A stretch of 64,000 nt of DNA, taken from NCBI GenBank assembly GCA_039621445.1, contig CP154954.1:40665572-40729571 (forward strand). Direction: 5' to 3'. The notes below the pieces were generated by a model. That model did no database searches, was not told where the DNA came from, and saw only the letters and a program-made list of their open reading frames with translations. Source of the stretch: Euglena gracilis (lineage: Eukaryota). The first letter of the stretch is position 1. Every line of letters begins with the position of its first letter. The position numbers were made by a program, and so were the translations under genes. Shown here in pieces: positions 13,375 through 26,100 of this stretch.

Positions 13375-14032
13375 AATGTGCACCGAGGAGAAGAATGCAC
13401 CGGACAAGTTTGTCCTGGACCTGGCGTCCCCGGAAGCCGGGTTCAGGACAGAACCGGTGTCCACCACCCCCTTTTTGATATAAAAAGAAGCCTGGCTGGG
13501 TTTTTTTTTTAAGGCAAGGCCAGGAGGAAACCCCCCTCAAGAGCACGTTTTTTTGGCTTTTTTTTTACCCCCTTTTTGGACCAGCCTGATAATGCGGGCG
13601 GCCTCCCCTTTATTTCAACAAACCACGTGAGGGGGTTGGACAACCAAATTGAACAGATGATAGTTTTGCAAGGAAATAGCAGGATGTTTTGGGAACAAGT
13701 CAGCAAAATATTATGCCGCGGTGGGCCACCAACTAAAATTGTGAATATCAGCCATGGGCCAGATGTGGATTCTGTGGAGCTGACGTTGCAGCTGGCTGAA
13801 CTCCCAGATCCAGCAGTAGCTCCCCCTCCCTAGGTTCCCAAGAAATCCCGATAGAGGTCAGGTCTCCAATTCATCCCTGCTGATCTAGTCAAATTCTTTT
13901 TTGAAACTCAATTTTTTCGATTAAATGTTCTCTTCACCCTTTGGGAAAAAAGAGAGGGGAAAGTCCCAGGCCTTGGCAATGCCTTTTTTTTCAGATTCAG
14001 ATTATTTCTATTATTTCTATTTCAACCGATGG

Positions 14033-14137
14033 ATGATGGGTTTCATGATCAATGTGGTGGCCATTGCCTCCTTGGTTGCATTGGTCGTCGTGTGTTTGTT
14101 GCCACATTTGCATCCGAATTCGGCAGAGCCACAGCCG
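14033..14137 (+). CDS. Gene 1 probable first coding exon (signal anchor)
   Basis: [35 protein letters not shown] is a hydrophobic N-terminal segment. It is preceded by poly-T/CAG acceptors at 13994 and 14000 (possible SL trans-splice site). The donor position is uncertain. Confidence 0.45.
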
Positions 14138-17100
14138 GTTCCCAATATGTCACTTGGTCAAGGAGTTGGGTCAATCAGTGGGTGGGCCAGTTGGGAAGGC
14201 GGGGGTTCATGGTCTCATAGGGGGAACACAGGTTTGCGCTGGCTCAAAGAATTGCCATCAAGGGCGAGATGCAACTTTCCTCGAGTCATGGCACAAAGTG
14301 GGGCCCCCATACCACCCCCATACCCCATACCACCCCCATACCACCCCCATACCACCCCCATACCACCCCCAACCACCCCCATACCACCCCCATACCACCC
14401 CCATACCACCCCCATACCACCCCCATACCCCATACCCCATACCACCCCCATACCACCCCCATACCCCCCCCATACCCCCCCCATACCCCCCCCATACCCC
14501 CCCCATACCCCCAAAATTTTTTTTGCCGAAAAAATGTTTTTTGGCCCCCCGCACCCGGAAAACTTGTTTTTGCGCCGAATTTGAGTGTTTTTCGGTGTTT
14601 GGGTCCAAAACGGAGCAAAAAAAGACGAAAAAATGCGAAAAATTTTTTTGTCCGAAACCATGGTTTTTGGTCACCCAGACCCGGAAACCCTGTTTTTGAG
14701 CCAAAAATGAGCGTTTTTCGACCGCGCGATGTATGAAACTGTTTGAGTGCCCTGTGGGGGCCTCCGGCCCCCCCGGACCTATGGGGGTGGTATGGGGGGG
14801 GTATGGGGGGGGTATGGCGGGGGTATGGGGTATGGGGTATGGGGGATGGCGGGTATGGGGGGGGTATGGGCGGGGTATGGTGGGATAGTGTTTGGGGATA
14901 TTGTTGATGTGGTTGGCTGAAAAAGGGAGATCCTGCAATCCCCCCAATCCTGCAAGCCCCCCCCCGGGCACTCGAACAGTTTCATATGTCGCGCGATTTG
15001 CGCACAAAAAAAGTCGGTAGACAAAGATGAGGTTATTTTTTGCCGGGGGGGGGGGGTCCGGGGGGGGCGGGTGCCCCCCCCGGGCACTCGAACAGTTTCA
15101 TATGTCGCGCGATTTGCGCACAAAAAAAGTCGGTAGACAAAGATGAGGTTATTTTTGTTGCCGGGGGGGGGTCCGGGGGGGGGGGCGGGAGCCCCCCCCC
15201 CGGGCACTCGAACAGTTTCATATGTCGCGCGATTTGCGCACAAAAAAAGTCGGTAGACAAAGATGAGGTTATTTTTGTTGCCGGGGGGGTCCGGGGGGGG
15301 GGGCGGGAGCCCCCCCCCCGGGCACTCGAACAGTTTCATATGTCGCGCGATTTGCGCACAAAAAAAGTCGGTAGACAAAGATTGGGTTATTTTTGTTGCC
15401 ATACCACCCCCATACCACCCCCATACCCCAGGTATGGGGGCCCCACTTTGTGCCATATGTGCTTTCCTCAGGGCTGGGACACGGGGGGGGGGGGGGCAGG
15501 AGCAGTGGGGTTTGGATTCAATAACATCAGTCGGTCAACAAAATAGGAATTGATGTTCCACAAAAATAACTCGCAATTGAAATTTCTGTTCCACGGCACA
15601 AGTAAAAAGAAGCTTGGCTACGGCGGACGGGGTCAAGGGGTCAACACAACCTCTCTCCCCAGGGCCCAGGGAGGGGGTCTCCTCCCACGAAGTCCCGTAC
15701 CGCTCTCCCCCCAGAACCAATTTCTGAAATCTGTTTTAACATTGTTGGGATCCGCTCATGTTTGGCAGCAAAGCCGGCCCCATTGGTTGGCGAAGAAGTT
15801 AATGCCCCTTCTCAACCATGGCATCGTTGTTTATTTTTTTGGTTCCTCCAAAACAACCATTTTATTTATTTTTGAAGTCATGAATGGGCCATTTTGCTTT
15901 TGCATCCGCATGTTCACACACATGAAATGGAAGTTGTGTCCATAGACAAGCGACAATTTGAATTTTTGTTTTTGTCAGAATCTGTGATCTCCTCGTTTTT
16001 TCCTCTACGAAATCCAATTGAAAAGGCACTAAAACGATACACAGCGGCGTGAAATTTTGCATTTGAAACAGAGTTGACGTTTTTTTAAAAACAAACAAAA
16101 AACCTCTTTTGTTTTAAAAAAACACTCCAAAAATATGTTTTTTTGAAAAATCAAAAATTGACCTTTTCCTTGAGAATTGGCCATTTTTTTGAGGAAAAAG
16201 TTCTAAAGTCATTTTTTCTGGTCATCAAAAAGTGACATATTTTAGTTTTCCAAGCCCTTCATCCAAAAATGATGATTGGCAAGGCGTCGCACATGTGTAT
16301 CCTTATATCCCTATATCCAGCCCTGGTTGAACACCCTCCAAACTCTGTCTTCATTCCTTCCAGGCATGGCAGAGAAAGAAACTGCAGAGATAAAAAAATG
16401 AACTTTTTCTAAAAAAATTCAAAAAAATTTCCCCCAAGCCTTCTATGACGTTTTTTTGTTTTTTTTCTTCAAAAAACATATTTTTTTTAAAAAATACATG
16501 GTTTTTTGTTTCAAAAAAAACAAACCGTCAACCTTGATTTGAAAGTTGTTTTTTGCTTTCAATCAATTTGAGGGCAAACTTTTTTGACATCTTGTTCTTT
16601 GCCTTATGAGGATCTCATGCCTCCAGCGAACGCTTTACGCCGACGTGGAAATGGAATTTAACATTTTTGGGGGTAAATTCTGGCACATGTTGCTGGTCAC
16701 TGGAAAATTCTGCACTGACTGGTGCTGCTGGAAGACCCCCTGTGGGGGTGTCCACTAAAAATTGCATTGGCCGATTTTGGACCATCTCCACTGTGCACCA
16801 GCAGAAAATCCAATTTCTATACACAAATTGTGGCTGAGCCCAGATTTCAGCCTGAAAATGTGTTCAGCCAGGGGGCCCCCGAAGGGGGCCCCCTGAACAC
16901 GTTTTCAGGCTGAAATCTGGGCTCAGCCACAATTTGTTTAAAAACGTGTTCAGAGCCCGCCAAATGCCTGCCCTGAAATTCGTAGTCATGATTCACGCAA
17001 GGGGTCAAAAACGCGAATTTGTGAAATTCGGACCCAAAAAACGGCGCCCTCATTGAAAACGTGCCTGAACACAGATGCCTTCATTGAAAACGTGTCATTG

Positions 17101-20100
17101 CCACAGATGCCCTCATTGAAAACGTGCCTAACCACAGATGCCTTCATTGAAAACGTGTCATTGCCCCAGATGCCCTCATTGAAAACGTGTCACCCCCCCC
17201 TTTTTCCGCACCCCTCCCACTATGGCGAAACGCCCGGCTAACTTTGTGAATGGTCTTTTGCCACCTCCCCCTAGGACGGAACTGTTCCTGGCTGCTCTCG
17301 CGGCATAGTTGGCAACCTGTTTTTTTGGACTTTGTTTTTTTTGTCTTTTTTAATTCTAACAATGTTTTTTTAAAAAAAACAAAAAAAAACGGCAACAAGG
17401 TTTTGCTCGGAAAATTTTTTGAATGCATATTTTCAATCATTTTTGGCAAGTTTTGGGGCATTTCTGCCAAATATTTCTTGAAACAAAAAATGAAAAAAAG
17501 TCCTAAAGTTGCATTTTTTTGCATTTTTTGAATGTTTTTGACCATTTTTTGGCAATTTTTGAACTTAGTAGGATTCGAAGTATGGTTTGGGTGTTTCATG
17601 ACGAGTTTTTTCAATGAAATTTTCCTTTTGTTTTTTTTGAATTTTTTTTTAGCGTTTTTTCAAAAAAACACGTTGTTTTTTTTTTTTTTTTAAAAAACAA
17701 AAAAAATGCCAAGTATGTCTCGCGGTATACCAGCAAGATGCAAAGAAGCCGAAGGTTGACCCCCTTCATGGCACCTTGCTGGCACAGGGCAACACAAAGA
17801 AAAAGTCCGGCTCCGTAGGTGCAGAGCTTGCTGCTGTTGCCAACTGTTTGGAGTTCGCCAAACTGTGTCAACATCGGCAAGCCTCTGATCCTGAGCTGGA
17901 TGCTTTCTTTGTTGCCTGGACGGGATGGGAGCTGGAACCCAGCCTGTTCTGACGAGGAGTTCTTCGCACCGCATGTTCCTGAGATAGCCCCATTTTCCAG
18001 GTTTGTAAAAAAAAACCACACTGAAATTTCATGGCCGATGTTCCGTCTGTGTTTCCCACCGCCGAGCAACGTTCTGCTCCTGCGGTCAGCAGCTCCGTTC
18101 CCTCCCCTGACCAACTCCCTGTCCCTCGTGCTGTGCCCCGACTGCCTATAAAACAGCAGAAATGTGGTTTTTGTGGTGCTCCCATTCCCAAAAATCATCC
18201 CATTCCCTGGAGCGCGAATCCCATAAAAAAAAATCCAAATTGTGTGGAGCTGAACAAAGTTGTCTGTGACGCCTGCGGTTTGGCATATCATTTTCATTGC
18301 CAAGATTTGCGGCAGCCACCAAAGTATGGCTCTTTTTTTGTGTAAAGCGTGCCGTGTTCCGTGATGTCCGCCACTCCGTCTCGTTGTGCTCCAAGGCAAC
18401 CTAGCCTTCTGTTGTGTTGTAGAGTGCCCTCGACCCGCCTCACTCGTCGAGGACCACCCGGACTCGCAACCGCCCGCCGATTTTTCATGACAGCCTTTTT
18501 TGCTTTTTACTCAGGGTTGCCACAGATGCCCTCATTGAAAACGTGCCTAACCACAGATGCCTTCATTGAAAACGTGTCATTGCCACAGATGCCCTCATTG
18601 AAAACGTGTTCATGACCTCGAATTTCAGGGCAGGCATTTGGCGGGCTGAACACGTTTTTAAACCACCCTGGAAAATGCAGATACACGGAGGAGGGAGGGA
18701 AGAAAAATTATGAAACCGAAGCAATTGCAATAGCAACAAATACACATTAATCTAACATTTTTTATTGCATTCTTCGCAGCCCTTATTTTGAGAAGCAAAA
18801 ATGATGAAGCATGCAAATTCCTCCAAAAATGCGCATTCCCATTTTATATTTGGAACAAACAACAACAAAAGCACAGAGATGATTTTCGTTGTTGTTTTGA
18901 TTCAAATTTTTGCAACTCCTCAGGCGACGGGGGGTGATTGTGTGCTCGAGATTGAGGACGTTAAAATTCGAGGGAATGTCCTCCAGCAGAAGTTTGCTTG
19001 ATCCTGGACGCTCAAAAGAATTTTCACAGTTTTCACCTTTTTCCGCACTTTTTGCACCTTTTCAATTTTGTCTCCCCCCTGCCCCCCCCCCCCATGTGCT
19101 TGGCCCCCCTGCTCCTTACATGCGATCCCCCCCCCCTAAAGTTGGCCTTCGGGTTGCGATCTTGGCGCCCCAATTGTAAGGATTTTTGGCTTATTTTGCA
19201 CATTTCCCGCCGAAATTCTCAACAAGCAAACTTGCCCCCAAAGGCTTGCCCCCCGACCTTCCCTTCAATCATGGCCCAGGCCAAGCCCAGGGGGGGTGGC
19301 ACAATGCAGACGTAGAGGGGCTTTGCTTCACATCCCCCGCTCAACTGGATATTTAAAGCTAGAAGGAGCAGCTTTTTGTATTCCGAGACCACTTTGAAGC
19401 CAAGTGGGAAAGAAAGAAATCAAGAGCGACGTTGCCATGATGGAACCAAGGAAGCAACCGTTCCCAGTCAACGAAGCCACCCTCATTCCGCAGCGCCCAT
19501 CACGCAGGGCTGCCCATTCTCGCATCGCAGTGCAGCAGCTACATCACCATCACTCCTCGCGAACAGGTGAACGTTCTCCCCAAATGCGTCAAAGTGCCTG
19601 ACTCCTGCAACGGACCACAGTGCTTGTTTTGACTCACCTCAGAGAAGCTGCTTGTGCATATGGCATACCATCGTGTTTTGTTTTGGCAGCTATGGGTTAT
19701 GGTCGCAACCATAAAGCAAAATTGTTTGCGCCTTTCTTTGCATTCCTGGCTCAATTTTGAGCCCTTAAAGTGAAACCTTGGCTGTATTGCTTTCATTTGA
19801 CCGGTTCCAACGGAGAAATCAAGGGAAGGATGCTGACGGATAGTTTTCCTTTTCGCATTTTCCCTCCCCCTCCCCAGTTGTAGTTGTGGGGATGAGCATG
19901 GATGAAAAATGGGATGGTCCGGACCCCCCTCGAGGCTTCCCACACATCCCTGGGTTTGAAGGTGAGCCGCGATGGCTCACGTTGGGGTCGCCTTCTCCCC
20001 CGTCAGGGGCGGGGCATCGCCACCATCCAGGCCAACCGGAACTGCGCGCTGTTCATCGCAATGCGGCTGGCGCGCAAGGGCCTGTGCTACGCCCACCCGG

Positions 20101-23100
20101 CGAGCCACGCGGGGCACGTTGTGGACCCCAACGTTTGGCGGGGGCGCTCCCTGCCTCCCTTGGCTTGGCCTTCGGTCGAGGTCACGGCCATCCCATGGCC
20201 TGGGTGGCCAGGCCCCATGCCACCCTGGTTGCAGGCGTAAACCAAGAAACACATGGGGGGGAGTACCGGCAGAGAGGATGTGCCCCAATCCACCTCCTGT
20301 TGGCCATGGGGGGGGGGGCAATTGCTTAAACGGCCACAAACAGACAAGGGGGGTGTTCCTCCCGCGTCCCCCCCCGCGTCCCGGATTTTGGCCGAGCACA
20401 TTTTTTGGTCGACCAAAGGAAAATTACGTACAAATTTGGGTGACGCCAAAGAAAATGTGTGGGTTTCATTGGGCCACAGTTCACCCCCGCGTCCCCCCCG
20501 CGTCCCCCCCCCCGCGTCCCGAACCACCCCCAAGAAGCCTTAGTGCAACTAAGGGGGGCAATTGTTTACCCCCCCCTTTGCCCGCCGACCACCCCTAAAC
20601 AATGACCACCGCTTGGTCAGGGGTTGCAGTTAAGGGGGTGCCTACAACCACCCCCCTGGTCGAGCGTTGTAGGAACCCGGTCGGTGGGCAAAGGGGGGGG
20701 GGCAGTTTGGTCATGTGGAGGGATCGAGCAAACAATTGTTTTGTCCTTCCAATTGAGGAAGGAGGTGCGACCCCCCCCCAATGATTGTGCACCCCCGATG
20801 ATGCCACCCACTTGCACACGCCGTTGAAAATGAACCAAATTTCGCGGCGAAATGGGCACCATAAATCAAGTGATCTGTTGCCAGGTATTATATATATATA
20901 TTTTTTTAACAGTAGAACATCGTTTGGCCGAAATTCATGTCCATCTCGATTTTGGGGTGTTTGGGTGTTTAACAAAAATCTCTGAAGGGTGGTGTCCAAA
21001 TGAGTTGGCAAGGTTTAAATACATGTACGCCCCCTGCTAATTTTGCATCCACATGACTGTGGTTGTTATTTTGTGGACAAAATAACGTGTGCCCTTCTGG
21101 CACCCCCGTCGTTCGTTTGCCCCCCCCTGGTTGCTGAAGCCTTTGGCCCCCCAGAGCATACAATCACTTAGTCACTGTCCCCCCCCCCCCCGGGGGGTGG
21201 GTGGGTGACTGGTTTTTTCAGAGTGACTGACTGGTTTTTGGCCGGGACCCCCCCCCCCCCCCCGGGGGGGGGGCAAAAAAAACCACAAAAAAAAAAACCC
21301 GGCGCCGAAGGCGCCAGAAATTTTTTGTCCTTTTTTTATATGCTTTGGGTCAAATTTCCTTTGGATTCCAGACTGGCCGACCCCCCCCCCCCGGGGGGGT
21401 AGTGACTGACTGGCTTCCCGAAAAAGTGACTGACTGGTTTTTCGAAAAGTGGAGTGACCCCCCCCTCACCCCCCGGGGGTCGGTAAAAAATTGTATGCCC
21501 CAGAGTTGATCTTTCAGCCTGTTTGGGGCCATCATGGACCCCCATTTTCTTGGCTTTTTGGCCCCCCCCCCCAGCCCATTGGATTGAACATGATCCCACA
21601 AATATAATTTCATTTGTTGCTCATGATTGATTTGATGTGGATTTTTTTGCATCTTTCCGAACGTTCTCTTTGGGAAAAGAACGTTTTTTTTTAAAGTCGG
21701 ATTTGCCGTGACCCACAGTGTGTTCATTTGGGTATTGGCCAGTGCAATTTCAAGAATGCTTTAATGGAGTTTCTTTTTTAGAGGGGTGGGGGGTGGCCAG
21801 CGCACAAGAGAGCATGTTTGAAGCGTCGGCAAGGGGCTGTTTCTGGTAAACTCTCCGTTGGGAATCCATTTACCGTTATTTCTTGACAACCACTCCCCGT
21901 CTGGAGGGCTTCAAGTGTGGACTTCGAATCCGGGTTTCTCTCTGCATATGGCCTATTTGGGATGGCCTGTGCCCTTGGCGCAGAGGAGGGCCCCTGCCTC
22001 GGGAGCGATTTCTGGGGTTTGGTCGAGGATTTCGTCCTCTGTCCGAATTGAAGTCGAATAAGGAGTGGCGACACGCACGGCTGGATTGGTTCAAGGTGTG
22101 CACCTTTGCTTACATTGTTGGGATAGAGAGAAAATCTCAGGCGGCCTAACTCGCACTTAAGGTTTTGATTTTTAGCTTGCGCTTTCGCGCAAATTTTCGA
22201 TTTCTTTGAGACCCGGCAGTAGAACCCACCCTTTTGACCCTCTGGTTCCCCGGAGACCCTCCACGGTGGCGTGTGCATCATTTTCGATGTTGGAACCTGG
22301 GGAACAGGCCCAATTTTGGTGTTTTTCAGCCTGTGCACCATTTTGAAAAAGTTCCAAATCCCTGGGTTTGACCGCCGGGTCACGTGAATTTTCCCAAAAA
22401 GGGGCCAAAACCCCCGTTGCGAGTCCCTCGTTTTTGAAGCCTTGACTGTGTTCCCCGGATGGTGCCACACAGTCCGGGTGACAATTGGCCCTTTCTGTTG
22501 CTTTTTTTGGGCTCTGCGATGTGTGCGTGAAGGGTTGGCTGAGGCATCCAGAGGATGGACTCTACACACACATTGTGAAAAGTTGGAAAAAAAACGGCAT
22601 GTCACAGAGTTGTGATCCCTGGGTGCTTGAAGTGCGAGGAGCGGTACAGTGGGAACCACCCAGGTGGGGGGGTTTGGGGGGACTGAGGGCAAGCCCAGGG
22701 ACCTGACCCAACGTCTGGTGAGCAACACCAGGCCCCACACTGCCGGGAACAGAAGGCAATGTTTTTGGACATTTGCGCTTAAGCGCAAATTTTTAACTTG
22801 CGCTTAAGCGCAAGTTAAAAATTTGCGCTTAAGCGCAAATGTCCAAACAGAAGCCCTCTGAGCTTATGGGAGTCCCTCTGATGTGTTACGGTGTGTCGGG
22901 GGCCCCTCCCTGCACGGCCAGTGTGCGGGCTTGGTGAGGAAATACATTGCGCCGAAGCGCAAACCATCATACAAAAAACTGAGAAGTGCAAACACGCGGC
23001 TGACGTGTAATCTGGATGAACAAGCAGTGCATTATGTAGGCATGTCCCTTGTGCTTCGGCGCAATGTATTTCCTCACCAAGCCCGCACACTGGCCGTGCA

Positions 23101-26100
23101 GAGAGGGGCCCCCGACACACCGTAACACATCAGAGGGACTCCCATAAGCTCAGAGGGCTTCTGTTTTAACTTGCGCTTAAGCGCAAATGTCCTTTCAAAT
23201 GGCAGATCCATTTGAATGCGTTCGTGCTGTGTGAGAAGGTGGGCGATAGAGGAGAATGATGAGGAGGGTTTGAGCACTGCTGTGCCAGAAGCTTGGTTGG
23301 TGCTTTTGAACTATTCAGGTGCTGGGGAGGAAGTGGCTGTTACAATAAGACCAATCGTGGGCGGTAGGCTGTGGTGCCTCAGTGACCTTGCACTCAGTAC
23401 ACAAAGTGGGGTTTTTTTTTGGGATGTTGACAGAAAGACTTTTTCGGCTGAACAATGCCCTCCATCTGCCTGGTGGCATGTGGCTGTCTGGTGGGTTGCA
23501 AATTACCAAAAAAAGGTGTGTCAACATGTCTTCCCTTCTCCGCCGTTTTTGATGGGCCCTTTCAATTTCACAATTCCATTCGCTCATCCCCAAAGTTGGG
23601 TGCTTCAAATCCTGGGGAGGTGACGAGCTTCTTTAAAACACTTTTTCAGCGTCCAAAACTGTTTCCTTGGCTGTGATTCCCAGGGTTTATCTGGTACCTG
23701 TTCTTTTCCAAACATAATTTTTCCGACTTTCAAAAGTCGGCCAAAGAGAAGGGCCCCTCAGGCATGCTTAAGTGCGAGGCAAGTGGGAGGAACCTCCGGC
23801 ACTGGAAGTTGGGTTTACAACGCCTAGGACAAATCACATCTGGAAGAAGAAGTTGGTGGTTTTTTTCACACACCAGGGGGTTGGCTTCCTGTCCCAGGCA
23901 AGGCTTCCCTCCACCTTAGCCCTGTTCGCTCTGGTGATGAGATTGATCCAAGACTGCTCTCTCCACCCACAGTAATAAAAATGAGAAATTAAATATTGAT
24001 AACTGTTGCTCCACAGGCAATGGATAGGCTTATGAAGAATAGATATTTAAGAGTTACATTGTGCCAAAGCACAATAGAAATGCACTTTTTAAAATCGCAA
24101 AGCAGCGTGGCTCTTGCGCCAACGCGCAATGTTGACCAATTTTAACGCAACGTGACCGAGAGCAGGCTTCCACCCCCCTGCACTACATTTTGTGCTCTAT
24201 CACCTCTGGTGTTCATACGGTCGTTCTCTCCCTGCGTTGTGAGATAAGTTTTAAACAGTTATACTTGCGCTTCGGCGCAAGCCATGTTGCTTTTGCAATT
24301 TTAAAATTGCATTTCCATTTGCGCTTTGGCGCAAGGTAACTCTTAAATTTCCGTTCTTTGTAAGGCTACCCATTGCGCTTTGGCGCAATGGAAACACATG
24401 TTGACACAAAAGTTGTTATCATCGTGCAAGTGCGGCAATGGTCACCCACATGTTGAATCACAAAAAAGTAAAAAATTTGCACCAAAGCGCAAATGTTTTT
24501 TTGTAATGGAAAAAAATTTGCGCCAAAGCGCAAATGCGCAATGGAATCCCCTCGTTTCATCACCCGGCGCTGTGTGTTCAGGCACACTGGGCCCCGGGAG
24601 CGCTGTGTCCGACGACCGTGGAGTTCCAGGTCGTTGCTTTCGTCCCCAGGCCCTGGGGTGCAGGGAGACACTTTTTTCAGATTGTCCTGAGTCTCAGGCC
24701 ACGGTGTTCGAAAACCAAACTTTTTTTTGGATTTGCGCGTCGGCGCAAATTTACAGTCACTTTTAAAGCTAAGTGCGAGTTAGGCCGCCTAAGAAAACGA
24801 CACAAACTGCCGTGAAGGTTGTTTTCAACCCCCCCCCCCCCGATAAGTGCGCAGTGCCCTAGTAAGTGCGCACCCCCCAAGGGTCCGAACCACCTCCCTG
24901 AAATGTGCGCACCCCCCAAAAAGAAATCACTGTGACATCTCAGGCCGGAAAGCACACACAATCCTCAGAACTGTCCTTCTTTGACCAAATACTTCTATCG
25001 TCCAAGCCCAATTTGACACATACTCACTTGACTCATTGCTTGACATCACAAGGAGGGGAAAAACTGAAAATGAGTGGGGGAAAATTAAGTATTTTGTGCT
25101 TTGCCCTGATAAGTGCGCAGTGCTCTAATAAGTACGCACCCCCTTGGGGCCCGAAACTGCGTCCTTAAAATGCGCGCCCCCGTGCACTTTTTAGCGGGGG
25201 TTTAATGTTTTTTGGCACAAGTACACCGACAATGCAGGAGCTCCAAATTGCATTTGAGCTCAAATTTCACCCACCCTTCCCCACCTGCCTTCCCCACCTT
25301 CCCCACCTGAACACCTTTCACTCAACACATTTGTAATTCATTCAGAGGGAATCCTGTAATTCTCATCATTCAGTTCAGAGGAGATGGAGGAGAATTTCCT
25401 GTTTTGCAACCGCAAATGCAACACTTACACAGTGGTGGACAGGATTTTTTCCCCTTGTGCACGTGCAGAGAAAGCTGTTCAATTGTGAATGTGCGACTCC
25501 TCCCGTTGATGCACATTTGTCTTTTGGCATTCCGGAAATTCAAATCCAATCTTTGTGTGATATTTTACACGTTATTGTGTGGGAAATCTATGTTTCACGT
25601 TTTAACACTTTTTTTTTGAAATGCTCCAAAAGCCCGGTTCTTCTCCAGTTGGAAACAGTGAAAGACTTTCCCTTCAGGACCCTGGGAGTCGCATGGGTCA
25701 ATTTAGAATCCAGAATCCCTTCGGTGTCGGAAGCCCAGTGAGCAGACTCTCCTCTTCTTCATGTGCGGCCCTTGTCATTTGGGGCAGCGGTCCATCTTGC
25801 AAATCGCAACCAGAAGGAAACATTTTGGTTTCTTGCTTTCAGGATCCCGTGGTTGAGTACCAGTCTGACCTGACAATGGAGAGCAAGATGGCTGAACGGC
25901 AGGGATGGCTGGGATTATTATTCCACGTGAAGAGTTGTCTAATTATTTAACGTGATGAGGGTAGCCCGAAGAAGGATTCAAAGTATTTCCAGTAACCCCT
26001 TAAAAATAAGACCCGGGACTTATTTTTGCGTCTGTTGCTGGAAACAGGGAGGTCTTATTTTTGGGGGTCTTATTTTCGGCGCTTCGTGCCATGCGTAAAT

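Noticed and set aside
14052-15007. Long Pro/His/Tyr- or Gly/Trp-rich ORFs
   Set aside because: They are translations of the (CATACCACCCC)n minisatellite, open in several frames on both strands.
19878-19961. Apparent exon with a strong acceptor and a GTGAGC donor
   Set aside because: Its only open frame ends in phase 1, which is incompatible with the 20007 exon, whereas 19566 joins 20007 directly. It could be an alternative or dead exon.
21778-22788. 336-aa minus-strand ORF
   Set aside because: It runs antisense across a gene 1 exon and a TIR boundary and has no recognisable motifs.
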